A stretch of DNA of 24,000 nucleotides from Conexivisphaerales archaeon (GCA_035543015.1 DATKKG010000075.1:1-24000), one strand, 5' to 3'. Shown: positions 8,283-17,196, counted from the stretch's first letter. Program-made: numbers and translations. The notes: generated by a model from the sequence alone, not told the origin.

Positions 8283-8347
8283 CGTATCAATATCGTATCA
8301 CCCAACTCGCCACAGGTATCGACACCGTATCGCCGAACCTACTTACC
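8283..8347 (+). promoter_or_regulatory. Copy B of the repeated promoter/operator element (GTATC-type sites)
   Basis: cGTATCaatatCGTATCaccca...gGTATCgacacCGTATCgccGAACCTACTTACC upstream of the ATG at 8385. Confidence 0.7.
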
Positions 8348-8384
8348 CCCGCTGACCCTGTACCAGGTCCGTGGTCAGATAGAA

Positions 8385-8954
8385 ATGACACAACAGACGT
8401 CGACCGGCAGTCTTGGTGGGCTCCCGGGAGCCAGCTCCGAAACCTGGTTCTCCCGGCGAGTCATGCACTGGGTCGTGAAGGACAGGATGACCCCAGGAGA
8501 GCGCGTGGGGGAGGGAGTGGCCATCCTCCTGATGCTCGCAATGGCCGCCTTCTTCGTCTCGAACCAGGTTCAGCAGACGGGGTTCTTCACTTCGGCCTTC
8601 GGGCCCCTGGAGATGCTCCTCTTCTACGCGTGCGTTCCTATGGGCCTCGCCCTGAACGGCGCGAAGATGGTCTTAGGACGGAGGAACCTGGCAAGACCTC
8701 TTGAGACGGTGAACGCGGCTCTCATGATCGTCTCCAGCGCCTGGTTCTTCGCGGTCTTCCCCTTCGACTTCACTCACTTCTCCGCTCTGGTGCCCAACGT
8801 CCTGAAGTTCGCCGTCTCCTGGATCCCCAACTGGCTCGCTAGGGACCTCCTAGTCTTGGGCTTCGTCGCGGGGATCGGTAATCTCGTCTACAATCCCATA
8901 ATGTACTTCGCCGTCAGACGGGCAGAGAAGGTTGATGTAGCCCTCACGAGATAG
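8385..8954 (+). CDS. Multipass hypothetical membrane protein
   Basis: 189 aa, MTQQTSTGSLGG... with about 4 TM segments. Confidence 0.78.
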   Translation: MTQQTSTGSLGGLPGASSETWFSRRVMHWVVKDRMTPGERVGEGVAILLMLAMAAFFVSNQVQQTGFFTSAFGPLEMLLFYACVPMGLALNGAKMVLGRRNLARPLETVNAALMIVSSAWFFAVFPFDFTHFSALVPNVLKFAVSWIPNWLARDLLVLGFVAGIGNLVYNPIMYFAVRRAEKVDVALTR

Positions 8955-8980
8955 ATGTCACCAAGGGGCTCTGACGGACC

Positions 8981-9976
8981 ATGAAAGCCGCCGTGTACAC
9001 GAGATACGGCCCTCCGGATATCCTCAAGATCGCGGATGTCGAGAGGCCGGTTCCGAAGGACGACGAGGTGCTGGTGGAGGTCCACGCGGCCTCGCTGAAC
9101 GCCGGCGACTGGTACCTCATGAGAGGAAAGCCCTTCCTGGTCCGGATGGCGGGGGGAGGGCTGATGAAGCCCAGGAACCAGAGGTTGGGAGCCGATCTGG
9201 CCGGGCGGGTCGTAGCGATAGGGGCCGGCATAACCAAGTTCAAGCCAGGCGACGAGGTATTCGGGGATACAGGCATCGGAAGCGGCAGCATCGCGGAATA
9301 CGCTTGCGCACGCGAGAGCGATCTTGTGCTGAAGCCGGCCTCCATGGCCTTCGAAGAGGCAGCCGCAGTGCCGCTCGCGTCGGTCACGGCCCTGATAGGG
9401 CTTCGAGACGAAGGGAGGGTCCAGCCTGGGCAGAAGGTCCTCATCAACGGGGGTTCCGGCGGGGTGGGGACCTTCGCGGTGCAGATCGCCAAGGCGATGG
9501 GGGCGGAGGTCACCGCCACATGCAGCCCCGGGAAGGTGGACCTCTTGCGCTCCATAGGCGCAGATCGCGTCATCGACTACACGAAGGAGGACTGCACCAG
9601 GGAGGGGCCACTCTACGACGTGATCCTCGGCGTCAACGGATATCATCCGCTCTGGGCCTACGGCCGGGCGTTGAAGCAAGGGGGGATCTACATCATGGTC
9701 GGGGGCTCCATGGGTCAGATCCTCCAAGGGTTCCTGTTGAGCCGGCTGATTCCTCTAGGCGGAGGCAAGAGGATCGGGGTGGTCGGGGTGACGACGGAAA
9801 GACGAGCGCGCGCCTCCCAGGACCTGGCCTACGTGAAAGAGCTTATCGAAGCCGGCAAGGTGAAGCCCGTCATAGACCGACTTTTCCCCATCGACGAGAC
9901 CGCCGAAGCCCTCCGGTACGCAGAAGAAGGCCACGTCCGGGGTAAGGTCGTCATCACTGTCGCAAATCGCGCATAG
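8981..9976 (+). CDS. MDR-superfamily NAD(P)H:quinone oxidoreductase / zinc-free alcohol dehydrogenase-like protein
   Basis: MKAAVYTRYGPPDILKIADVERPVPKDDEVLVEVHAASLNAGDWYLMRGKP, LGADLAGRVVAIGAGITKFKPGDEVFG, GQKVLINGGSGGVGTFAVQIAKAMGAEVTATCS. Confidence 0.93.
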   Translation: MKAAVYTRYGPPDILKIADVERPVPKDDEVLVEVHAASLNAGDWYLMRGKPFLVRMAGGGLMKPRNQRLGADLAGRVVAIGAGITKFKPGDEVFGDTGIGSGSIAEYACARESDLVLKPASMAFEEAAAVPLASVTALIGLRDEGRVQPGQKVLINGGSGGVGTFAVQIAKAMGAEVTATCSPGKVDLLRSIGADRVIDYTKEDCTREGPLYDVILGVNGYHPLWAYGRALKQGGIYIMVGGSMGQILQGFLLSRLIPLGGGKRIGVVGVTTERRARASQDLAYVKELIEAGKVKPVIDRLFPIDETAEALRYAEEGHVRGKVVITVANRA

Positions 9977-10385
9977 GAGGATCTCCAAGCCTGGTCCGCG
10001 CCTCAGCCCCGGTGATCCGACACGCCGTCGGTAGGATGAAGCAAGGCGGCCGGCCTACCAACGGCGAAGCCTGAAATGGCTCCGTCTTCGGGGATGAAAA
10101 CCATCGCTTCCTTCTGAACGCTCCTGGCGGCGGGGGCGTACCTCTACAGGAAATCGAAGATGGAGGAGGCCGCAAGCAGGGCTTGGCTGTTGCTTCTGAC
10201 CCTGTGTATGGCGGCACTCCTCTTCTCGACGCTGACCCTCTAGAAGCGACCCCCATCTCATCCGATTCACTTGGAGCTCTAGTGAAACCGTTCACCACCG
10301 CGTTGACTTCTCAATCGATGCGATGCGAGACATGGACTCCGCGATGGCACAAGTCAACAGTTCTTACTCATGGAAGCAACGTTAG

Positions 10386-10835
10386 ATGACACCGAGCGTA
10401 AAATACGATTTCGAAGGGTCCCTGCTTGCTGGATTCCCCTTGGCTCCAACCGGAAGGACGAAGACGATAGAGAAGAGAGAAGACGAGGTTCCCGCCGGCA
10501 CAGGCCTGCGATGTTCCTTCTTCCTGAATTGCGCCTTCTACAGAGATGGTTCCCCCTACTGCTCCGATCAACCCTCCCAATGTCCGAAGTGGAGGGAGTT
10601 CATGAGGGCGCCGAAGGAGACCTCCGACTTTTCCGACAACCTCATGAACGTAACTCACCTCGCCAAGGCCGTCCACGTGATCACCCCCTATGGCAAGTTC
10701 GAACACAACCTACGCCTCTACGAATTCGAGGTCGTCGGAGACGAGCTGGTCGTCTACCCTCTGGACGGCTCCGGCGGCTCGTTCCACTACCGGGGCTCCT
10801 TCCTCTACTACGTGGAGGGAGAGTACAGAAGGTAG
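10386..10835 (+). CDS. Hypothetical protein (149 aa)
   Basis: MTPSVKYDFEGSLLAG...LRCSFFLNCAFYRDGSPYCSDQPSQCPKWREFMR...LYEFEVVGDELVVYPLDGSGGSFHYRGSFLYYVEGEYRR; protein-like, with competing overlapping ORFs in other frames. Confidence 0.55.
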   Translation: MTPSVKYDFEGSLLAGFPLAPTGRTKTIEKREDEVPAGTGLRCSFFLNCAFYRDGSPYCSDQPSQCPKWREFMRAPKETSDFSDNLMNVTHLAKAVHVITPYGKFEHNLRLYEFEVVGDELVVYPLDGSGGSFHYRGSFLYYVEGEYRR

Positions 10836-10894
10836 GACCGATTCTCCCGAATTCTCAGCAACGATATTAAACGTGAGCGTAGGGCTCCATCCGC

Positions 10895-11146
10895 ATGCCT
10901 AGGTACATCGACGTCCACAGAAACCTGAAGGGGACGACGTTCAAGGACGTGGCAGCCGCGCACCAGAAGGACCTCAGCGTCCAGAACAAATACGGAGTCA
11001 AGTTCCTGAAGTTCTGGGTGGACGAGAAGGAGGGGACCGTCTTCTGCCTGTCCGAGGCGCCCAACAGAGAGGCCCCTGCGAAGGCTCACGGCGAGGCCCA
11101 CGGCCTCCTCCCCCACGAGACCTACGAAGTCCTAGAGGGAAGTTAG
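10895..11146 (+). CDS. DUF4242-like small protein
   Basis: MPRYIDVHRNLKGTTFKDVAAAHQKDLSVQNKYGVKFLKFWVDEKEGTVFCLSEAPNREAPAKAHGEAHGLLPHETYEVLEG; matches the family pattern C-L-x-EAP..EA..A.H...G....I/VyeV. Confidence 0.85.
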   Translation: MPRYIDVHRNLKGTTFKDVAAAHQKDLSVQNKYGVKFLKFWVDEKEGTVFCLSEAPNREAPAKAHGEAHGLLPHETYEVLEGS

Positions 11147-11148
11147 CA

Positions 11149-11622
11149 CTAGTCCGGACGTTCCAGTCCGGCGTTTATCCTCTTCGCCGAGTTATACGCG
11201 TCGTAGACGTTGTATATCCAGAAGAGCGGATAGAGGATTAGCCCGACGAAGAAGATGATGGTGAAAAGACAGACTATCCCCACTGCCACGAAAGTGATGC
11301 CCTTGCCTATCTGCCCGTTGTATATCTGACCCAGCCCTGTAAAGAGGAAGGAGAGGACAGCGGCTATTCCCGGATTCTTCTGCTCCGACGGCCAGGGAGC
11401 GGCCATGACCCTCTTGCCGCACCTGGGGCACATCTCCGCGTCCGTAGGAATCACGGCACCGCAGTGCTGGCAATACTTGCCCGTGCCGGCCTCGACGCTG
11501 ATCACCGGGGTACCGGAGACCCCTCCAGCGGGGGACGTCGTCGAAGAAACCGCCGTACCGCAGTTGGGGCAGAACTTCGCGTCCGCGGCCAGCTCCCTGC
11601 CGCAGGTCGTGCAGAAAGCCAT
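11149..11622 (-). CDS. Double zinc-ribbon protein with C-terminal TM2-like membrane domain
   Basis: CTTCGRELAADAKFCPNCG and CQHCGAVIPTDAEMCPRCG, then NPGIAAVLSFLFTGLGQIYNGQIGKGITFVA...YNVYDAYNSAKRIN. Likely start at internal ATG 11622 rather than 11724. Confidence 0.87.
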   Translation of the reverse strand: MAFCTTCGRELAADAKFCPNCGTAVSSTTSPAGGVSGTPVISVEAGTGKYCQHCGAVIPTDAEMCPRCGKRVMAAPWPSEQKNPGIAAVLSFLFTGLGQIYNGQIGKGITFVAVGIVCLFTIIFFVGLILYPLFWIYNVYDAYNSAKRINAGLERPD

Positions 11623-11675
11623 TGTCCATCCTTTCCGCGACGGTTCATATAAGGCTTGAAGGACAGGCCGGCTCG

Positions 11676-12026
11676 TCACGGGTGCAGGTGCCGCCACCTG
11701 CGGGCCGAGAGCAGGAAGATCCAACCCTTTGCGACCAAGGCGAGGACGGGCACGGCCCTCCTAGAATCAGCCACCCGGATCAAGGCTTCCCTCTCCGCTG
11801 TCGACAGCTTCTCGACGAACGTAACCGGCCTGCGCGTCGCCTTCACCTGCACCAACCAGTGCCGGCGTCCCTTCCTTGCCTCCATATCGTAGGGCCCGCG
11901 GCTCGCCGGGGATATCCTGACCTTCCATCCCTTCTTCCTCAGGCGCTCCGCCACTCGCCTCTCCATCTCTGAGCCGTATTCGAACTCGTTCAAGGAAGCT
12001 CCCTGCTGGGGACAGAAGTCAACCAA
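11676..12026 (-). CDS. PD-(D/E)XK nuclease fold protein, Holliday junction resolvase (Hjc)-like
   Basis: SEMERRVAERLRKKGWKVRISPASRGPYDMEARKGRRHWLVQVKATRRP: E...GW.V..SpaSrGp-D....-....vQVKa. Confidence 0.75.
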   Translation of the reverse strand: MVDFCPQQGASLNEFEYGSEMERRVAERLRKKGWKVRISPASRGPYDMEARKGRRHWLVQVKATRRPVTFVEKLSTAEREALIRVADSRRAVPVLALVAKGWIFLLSARRWRHLHP

Positions 12027-12060
12027 GTCTCCGCCGACGACTCCCCATAAAAAGGGTGGG

Positions 12061-12888
12061 TCAGGCAGCCGGCGTCTTCTTGGGATGCCTGATGACCATC
12101 AAGAGCGTCCCCGCCGTGGCGAGGGCCACCACGATATCGGCGGCCAAAGTCACGTTGGAGACCCCGGCGGCCACCCCGTTCGCCCATTGGTTAGACACTA
12201 TGCCGAACAGAGCCCAGACTATCACCAGACCGTAACCGGGATCCCTTCTCGTTGCCAGCAGTATGAGCGTGATGGCCAGCGCTACGACGGTGACCAACTG
12301 AGCCCAAGTTGTTGCGGCGATGCCGAAGCCGTCCCAGCTAATCGAGACCAAGGCGGAGGAGACGTCAGCTATCGAGGCGATCGTTATCCAACCGAGGTAG
12401 ACGGAGAACGCAAGGTGAACGGCCAGCTTCTCGTTCCTGCTGGCGCCCGACCTCCCTATGTTCAGCCTCAGGTAGATGGCGATAAGCGACAGAAGGAGGG
12501 CGAATATCAGGACCACCGAAGCCGTGATGTATTCGTACTGCCAGAGGAACAGCCAGACGATGTTGAAAAGGGAGCTCAGCATGAAGAGGTAGCCCACCTT
12601 CCCGACAAAGGAGTCGCCCCTGTGGCCCGGCAGAAGCTGGAATACGATGAAAGCGCCCAAGAGCGCATAGATGACTCCCCATATGGCGAACGTGAAGCCT
12701 GCCGGAGTGATCAGCGTCGGAAAGGCGGCCGAGACGTCCGCCGTGTTCACGCCTCCGAGGAGCCTGGTGCTCCCGGCTATGGAGTTGATGACCAGCATGG
12801 CGACATACGCGATCACGTTTCCGACCTGCAGGAAGGAGATTCCTTGCTTCTCTGGCAACCCGGTCCCCATGTCTCGTGTACCTTTCAA
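12061..12888 (-). CDS. TspO/MBR-related tryptophan-rich multipass membrane protein
   Basis: FPTLITPAGFTFAIWGVIYALLGAFIVFQLLP, SLFNIVWLFLWQYEYITASVVLIFALLLSLIAIYLRL, VYLGWITIASIADVSS; matches the extended Trp-rich sensory protein pattern. Confidence 0.75.
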   Translation of the reverse strand: MKGTRDMGTGLPEKQGISFLQVGNVIAYVAMLVINSIAGSTRLLGGVNTADVSAAFPTLITPAGFTFAIWGVIYALLGAFIVFQLLPGHRGDSFVGKVGYLFMLSSLFNIVWLFLWQYEYITASVVLIFALLLSLIAIYLRLNIGRSGASRNEKLAVHLAFSVYLGWITIASIADVSSALVSISWDGFGIAATTWAQLVTVVALAITLILLATRRDPGYGLVIVWALFGIVSNQWANGVAAGVSNVTLAADIVVALATAGTLLMVIRHPKKTPAA

Positions 12889-12968
12889 GGGTATTTCTGG
12901 ATATCTGTTGCGGCTGGAGAATGCAACCTGTGCCCATGTCTCGCGACTTGCTGTGGCACCAGTCGGAG

Positions 12969-12974
12969 TTATAT
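12969..12974 (+). promoter_or_regulatory. Candidate TATA box of the SOUL gene
   Basis: gagTTATATgtgg about 40 nt upstream of the TTG/GTG start, with aggagg at about 12991. Confidence 0.4.
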
Positions 12975-13008
12975 GTGGCAGGCAATTCAGAGGAGGCGGA
13001 TACCATAA

Positions 13009-13527
13009 TTGGTGGAGGCAATCAGCTACGAGGTCCTGAAGAAGCTTGGCCAGGTGGAGATAAGGAAGTATCCCCTGATTGTGGCGGCTAGGGTGGACGG
13101 CTACGGCGACGGCGGCTTCAACTTGCTGTTCAACTTCATCTCGGGGAGGAACAGCAAGGCGGAGAAGGTGGCGATGACGGCACCCGTGGTCTCAGAGAAG
13201 ATCGCGATGACGGCACCCGTGCTCTCGGAAGGAGGCTCCATTTCGTTCGTCATGCCAGAAGGCTACACAAAGGAGACCACGCCCCGACCCTTGGATGCGA
13301 GGGTCAAGATCGTCGATTATCCGCCCAGGTACCTGGCGACCCTCAGATTCTCCGGGAGGTGGACCAACAGGGCCTTCGAGTCCAGGTCCAGGGAGATGAT
13401 GAACGAACTTCAAAAGGCTGGCATTGAGCCCAAAGGAGTGCCATTCTCCATGAGGTACAACGCGCCCTTCACACCCTGGTTCATGCGCAGAAACGAAGTG
13501 GCCGTGGAAGTCAGTTATCCTGTGTGA
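13009..13527 (+). CDS. SOUL/HBP family heme-binding protein
   Basis: YEVLKKLGQVEIRKYPLIVAARV...FNLLFNFISGRNSKAEKVAMTAPVVSEKIAMTAPVLSEGGSISFVMP...PPRYLATLRFSGRW. Confidence 0.93.
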   Translation: MVEAISYEVLKKLGQVEIRKYPLIVAARVDGYGDGGFNLLFNFISGRNSKAEKVAMTAPVVSEKIAMTAPVLSEGGSISFVMPEGYTKETTPRPLDARVKIVDYPPRYLATLRFSGRWTNRAFESRSREMMNELQKAGIEPKGVPFSMRYNAPFTPWFMRRNEVAVEVSYPV

Positions 13528-13783
13528 AGACCGGCTGCACCGACAGCCAGGATATCTTCCTAATGCATGGGATGAGGGACTCACAACGAAGCATGATCAG
13601 GACCGCCGAGTCGTTGGCCAAGCTTCGGGTATCCGGTCTCCTACAGAACAAGATACAGACGCAACTTACAACGGCCTTGATTGTCAGGACATAGGGTTGC
13701 GGCTATCATTCCTCAAAAACTGACATCCTATGAGGAGGCCGTGACCCTCGCATTCAAGGGGAACCGTACAGTAGTCCGAACAA

Positions 13784-14470
13784 CTAAGCGCCCCTCTTGA
13801 GCCCGTTCACAAATCCCAAGCCATCTTTGAGGCTGAGGCTGCAGTAGTCCGCCAACCTCTCTCCAGACGCCTTCCCGGTAACCGCTTCTTTGACTCGCTT
13901 CGATTTGAGGAGGCGGCTCCCCACGATTATCACGGAGTCCCTGAAGAGGGTGTCGGCCCTCAACGCCCGAAGGGTCTTGATCAGACTCTCCTCGTTGTAC
14001 CCCATGGTCATGGTCAGGCAGACTATGTCAAAGCGCCGGCCCAGTCCCCTCAGGTACTCAAAGACTCGATTCAAAGAGGCGCCCCTCTCAATGAATTCAA
14101 CGTCCCACCCTTCGCTAGAGAGCAAAGCTGAAAACATCTTCAGCCCTACGTAATGGAACTCTCCTTCAACGCAGTTCAGAAGCACGGCAGACCCCTTTCT
14201 GACCCCCGCCTGCGCTCTGAGTCGCCGAGCGGCCTTCTCGATCATTTCCATGGTCGTCGCCGTCGCAAAGTGCTCGTCGGCGACGCTGATTTCCTTCTCA
14301 GCCCAGAGCTCCCCTATCCTGACCTGGGCCTCTCCGAGGGTCTCCATTATCGGGAGAAGCCTCTCTCCCTTGTCCAGCATGGACTCGACCACAGATCCCG
14401 CCCTTTTCCTGTCCCTATCCAGGACGGCTTTCAAATAGTCGTCCTTGTAGCTGACCGGTTCTCCTTTCAA
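13784..14470 (-). CDS. Standalone cobalamin-binding (CarH/LitR-like sensor module) protein, no HTH domain
   Basis: B12-binding cap with WAEKEISVADEH (W-x9-EH) and cobalamin-binding motif GEFHYVG (ExHxxG); no N-terminal MerR helix-turn-helix. TTG start. Confidence 0.85.
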   Translation of the reverse strand: MKGEPVSYKDDYLKAVLDRDRKRAGSVVESMLDKGERLLPIMETLGEAQVRIGELWAEKEISVADEHFATATTMEMIEKAARRLRAQAGVRKGSAVLLNCVEGEFHYVGLKMFSALLSSEGWDVEFIERGASLNRVFEYLRGLGRRFDIVCLTMTMGYNEESLIKTLRALRADTLFRDSVIIVGSRLLKSKRVKEAVTGKASGERLADYCSLSLKDGLGFVNGLKRGA

Positions 14471-14570
14471 CGTGACCCTTCTACGCGGAGAGGTGAATTA
14501 AGCGTTTTCAGATGGGCGGTCTGCGGATTCCCTCTCGCCCATAATCGTTAATAGCAGAAAGGGTCCCCGC

Positions 14571-15404
14571 ATGCCCGTCTTGAACGACGAAGAGCTCACC
14601 AAGACCCTGATGCGCTTCGGAATCACCCGCCAGGAGGCCGAGGTCTTCCTCCTCCTCTCCAAGGTCAAGAAGGGGGGAATCGAATGGATCGGAGGGAGGG
14701 AGGCGGCCTCCGTAGCGCACAAGAGCAGGGTGAGGACCTACCAGGTCCTCGAAAGGCTCGCGGAGCTGGGACTGGTCAGCACCGACTTCAGCAGGCCCAA
14801 GAAGTACTCGGCTGAGGCTCCCCAGGTCGCCGTCAGAAGGCTCATGGGCATCCACGAGGCCCGACTCACGGAGCTGAGCCACCTGGAAGGAGACGTCGTA
14901 GATGGGCTCTTCAAACTGGAGCCGCCTGACCTGGGTTCGCTCAAGGAAGAAGAAGAGGAGGGGAGGACCAACGTCGTCCTCCTTAGGGGGCTCCCCAACA
15001 TTCAGAACACGTTGAGAAAGGTCATGGAATGCGAGGAGCTGGCCATGACCATCAACGAGGAGTCCGCCGCGCATCTAATGAGCACCCTGGCATACCTGAC
15101 GGAGAAGCCGGGACGCCTGATCCTTCTGCTTTCGAAAGAGGTCTCGCGGAGACAGCTCTCCCGGGCCGGCCTGAGCCCCGGCGCTGAGGTGGCCCACTTC
15201 AGGGGAGAGCTCCCAACCATCGTGATGACCGAAAGGCATACCCTCTTCCTGCACTACTCTACCAAGGAATACAGACCACGGCCGCTGTCGCCGCCGACGC
15301 GCAAGTCCAAGGTCACCGACTGCATCCTCGTCGAGGGAGCCTCCTACGTGCACCGGATGAGGGAGGTCTTCGACGCCCTTTGGGATGCCTCCGTGCAGGA
15401 TTGA
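14571..15404 (+). CDS. TrmB-family transcriptional regulator
   Basis: LMRFGITRQEAEVFLLLSKVKKGG...AASVAHKSRVRTYQVLERLAELGLVSTDFSRPKKYSAEAPQVAVRRLM: TrmB N-terminal wHTH plus C-terminal domain. Confidence 0.88.
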   Translation: MPVLNDEELTKTLMRFGITRQEAEVFLLLSKVKKGGIEWIGGREAASVAHKSRVRTYQVLERLAELGLVSTDFSRPKKYSAEAPQVAVRRLMGIHEARLTELSHLEGDVVDGLFKLEPPDLGSLKEEEEEGRTNVVLLRGLPNIQNTLRKVMECEELAMTINEESAAHLMSTLAYLTEKPGRLILLLSKEVSRRQLSRAGLSPGAEVAHFRGELPTIVMTERHTLFLHYSTKEYRPRPLSPPTRKSKVTDCILVEGASYVHRMREVFDALWDASVQD

Positions 15405-15418
15405 AGTAGTTTCACATG

Positions 15419-15454
15419 TTGTAAGATATCATCCTAACTAACATCAGTCTTATA
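15419..15454 (+). promoter_or_regulatory. Promoter/operator of the MFS-heliorhodopsin operon
   Basis: TTGTAAGATATCATCCTAACTAACATCAGTCTTATA; matches the FAS1 promoter at 18149 (26/34); TATA-like CTTATA about 38 nt upstream of GTG 15487. Confidence 0.65.
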
Positions 15455-15486
15455 GCGTCTCCGAAGTTGGCTTCATTCAGTAAAAG

Positions 15487-17196
15487 GTGCCAGGAATGAC
15501 ATCCCAGCAGCTGGAAACCGTGACGCAGGAGTCCACACGCATCGACGCAGCAAAGCTAGTCACCCTTCTTGTGCTCAGCCTCGCGCTGGCCATAGTGATA
15601 ATCGACGGGACCATAGTCAACATCGCCCTTCCCTCCATTCAGACCCAGTTCGCCGTTTCGGTCAACGATCTGGAGTGGATAAGCGCCATTTACGCCCTCG
15701 TCTTCGGCGGCTTCCTCCTCACTTGGGGACGCCTGGGCGACGAGTTCGGACGCCGCCGCATTTTCATGGCCGGGATCCTGACGTTCATCTCCGGCTCGAT
15801 GATAACGGGCTTCGCAAACGGCCTTCCTATGATTCTTCTCGGTAGGCTAGTCCAGGGCTTCGGCGCCGCGATGGCTTCACCTTCCACTCTCTCCATACTG
15901 ACGACCACCTTCTACGGCCGCTCCAGAGGGATAGCGTTCGGGATTTGGGGAGCCGTGGCTGGAGCAGCCGGCGCCCTCGGACCTCTGATCGGAGGCTACC
16001 TTACCACATATGCCACCTGGAGATGGGCCTTCCTGATCAACGTGCCAATTGGAATAGTTGCTCTGGCGGGCTCCTACTTCTTCATCAAGGAGTCGATGTC
16101 CAGGTCCGGGCGCTACGACCCCGACTACCGGGGGACGGCTCTAGTGTCATCCGCCCTGGCCCTTCTCATATTCGGACTCATCGAAGGACAGACCTACGGC
16201 TGGCTGGCTGCGAACCAGGTCTTCAAGATTGGCAGCTTCACCTGGCCCTTCACCTCTGTGGCCATAACGCCGGTCGCCATGGCCCTCGGGCTTGTCTTGG
16301 CAGCTGCCTTCGTGCTGAACGAGAGGTCCCGCCTAAGGGCCGACAGAGAGGTCCTCCTCGACCTCAGGCTCCTGGGCTACCGCGGCTTCCGTTTCGGCCT
16401 TCTGACCGTGGGCGTCGTAGCCATGGGTGAGTTCGGCATCTTCTTCATCCTCTCGCTGTATTTCCAGTTGGTAAGGGGGATGAGCGCCCTCTCCACAGGC
16501 TATGCCCTTCTTCCGTTTGCGGGCACCGCTTTCTTCGCAGCACCCCTCGCAGGCCTTCTGTCCTCGCGCATAGGTGCGAAGTGGATAGTCACCACAGGCA
16601 TGGCCCTGGAAGCCACATCTCTGATCTTGCTTTCGCAGCTCACCGGCGTCAATACCTCTCTGACGACGATTTATGCCATTCTGGCGCTCTACGGGGTCGG
16701 AGTTGGGCTGGCGATAGGCCAGCTCACTGGCCTCGTCGTCGGCAGCATACCTCCTCAGAACGCGGGAACGGCTTCGGGCGCCAACAGCACCATTAGACAG
16801 TTGGGCGCGGCCTTCGGCGTGGCCATCATCGGGGCCGTGCTGGTGGCCCAGGTCTCCTCGGTGGGCCAGGCTCAGCTCCAGGCAAGCACAGTGATACCCT
16901 CCTACCTGAAAACGGCGCTAGCTCCCGTACTAAGCCAAGGACTCATCGGAGGCTCTGCCCCATCGCTGCCGCCATCGATCATCAACTCTCCAATAGGCCT
17001 GGCCATTCAGGGGATTTTCAACTCAGCGATAACCGAAGGCGTGCGATACGCCGCCTTGGTTGCCGGGTTCTTCGTCTCCCTAGGGGCGATAAGTTCCCTG
17101 CTACTGCCCAACAACAGGGTCAAGGGAATCAAAGGAGCCAAGAGCTCCCGCAATCAATATACTGAGAGAACCTACAAGGGAGTCGAGGGTAATTGA
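15487..17196 (+). CDS. DHA2 (EmrB/QacA-like, 14-TM) MFS transporter
   Basis: ALAIVIIDGTIVNIALPSIQTQFAVSVNDLEWISAIYALVFGGFLLTWGRLGDEFGRRRIFMAGI (DHA2 motifs A and D1-like); 569 aa. GTG start (or ATG 15496). Confidence 0.93.
   Translation: MPGMTSQQLETVTQESTRIDAAKLVTLLVLSLALAIVIIDGTIVNIALPSIQTQFAVSVNDLEWISAIYALVFGGFLLTWGRLGDEFGRRRIFMAGILTFISGSMITGFANGLPMILLGRLVQGFGAAMASPSTLSILTTTFYGRSRGIAFGIWGAVAGAAGALGPLIGGYLTTYATWRWAFLINVPIGIVALAGSYFFIKESMSRSGRYDPDYRGTALVSSALALLIFGLIEGQTYGWLAANQVFKIGSFTWPFTSVAITPVAMALGLVLAAAFVLNERSRLRADREVLLDLRLLGYRGFRFGLLTVGVVAMGEFGIFFILSLYFQLVRGMSALSTGYALLPFAGTAFFAAPLAGLLSSRIGAKWIVTTGMALEATSLILLSQLTGVNTSLTTIYAILALYGVGVGLAIGQLTGLVVGSIPPQNAGTASGANSTIRQLGAAFGVAIIGAVLVAQVSSVGQAQLQASTVIPSYLKTALAPVLSQGLIGGSAPSLPPSIINSPIGLAIQGIFNSAITEGVRYAALVAGFFVSLGAISSLLLPNNRVKGIKGAKSSRNQYTERTYKGVEGN

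Noticed and set aside
8888-9945. ORFs 8888-9727 (-), 8944-9573 (-) and 9304-9945 (+) overlapping the MDR oxidoreductase
   Set aside because: Shadow ORFs of a clearly identified oxidoreductase.
9977-10369. Short ORFs including 9954-10298 (-) and a 27-aa hydrophobic peptide near 10160
   Set aside because: No family, no clear start signals and strongly skewed composition; probably intergenic.
12085-13021. 307-aa plus ORF and 218-aa minus ORF over the TspO-like gene
   Set aside because: Antisense or alternate-frame translations with no protein-like hydrophobic pattern; the TspO-like frame is far more convincing.
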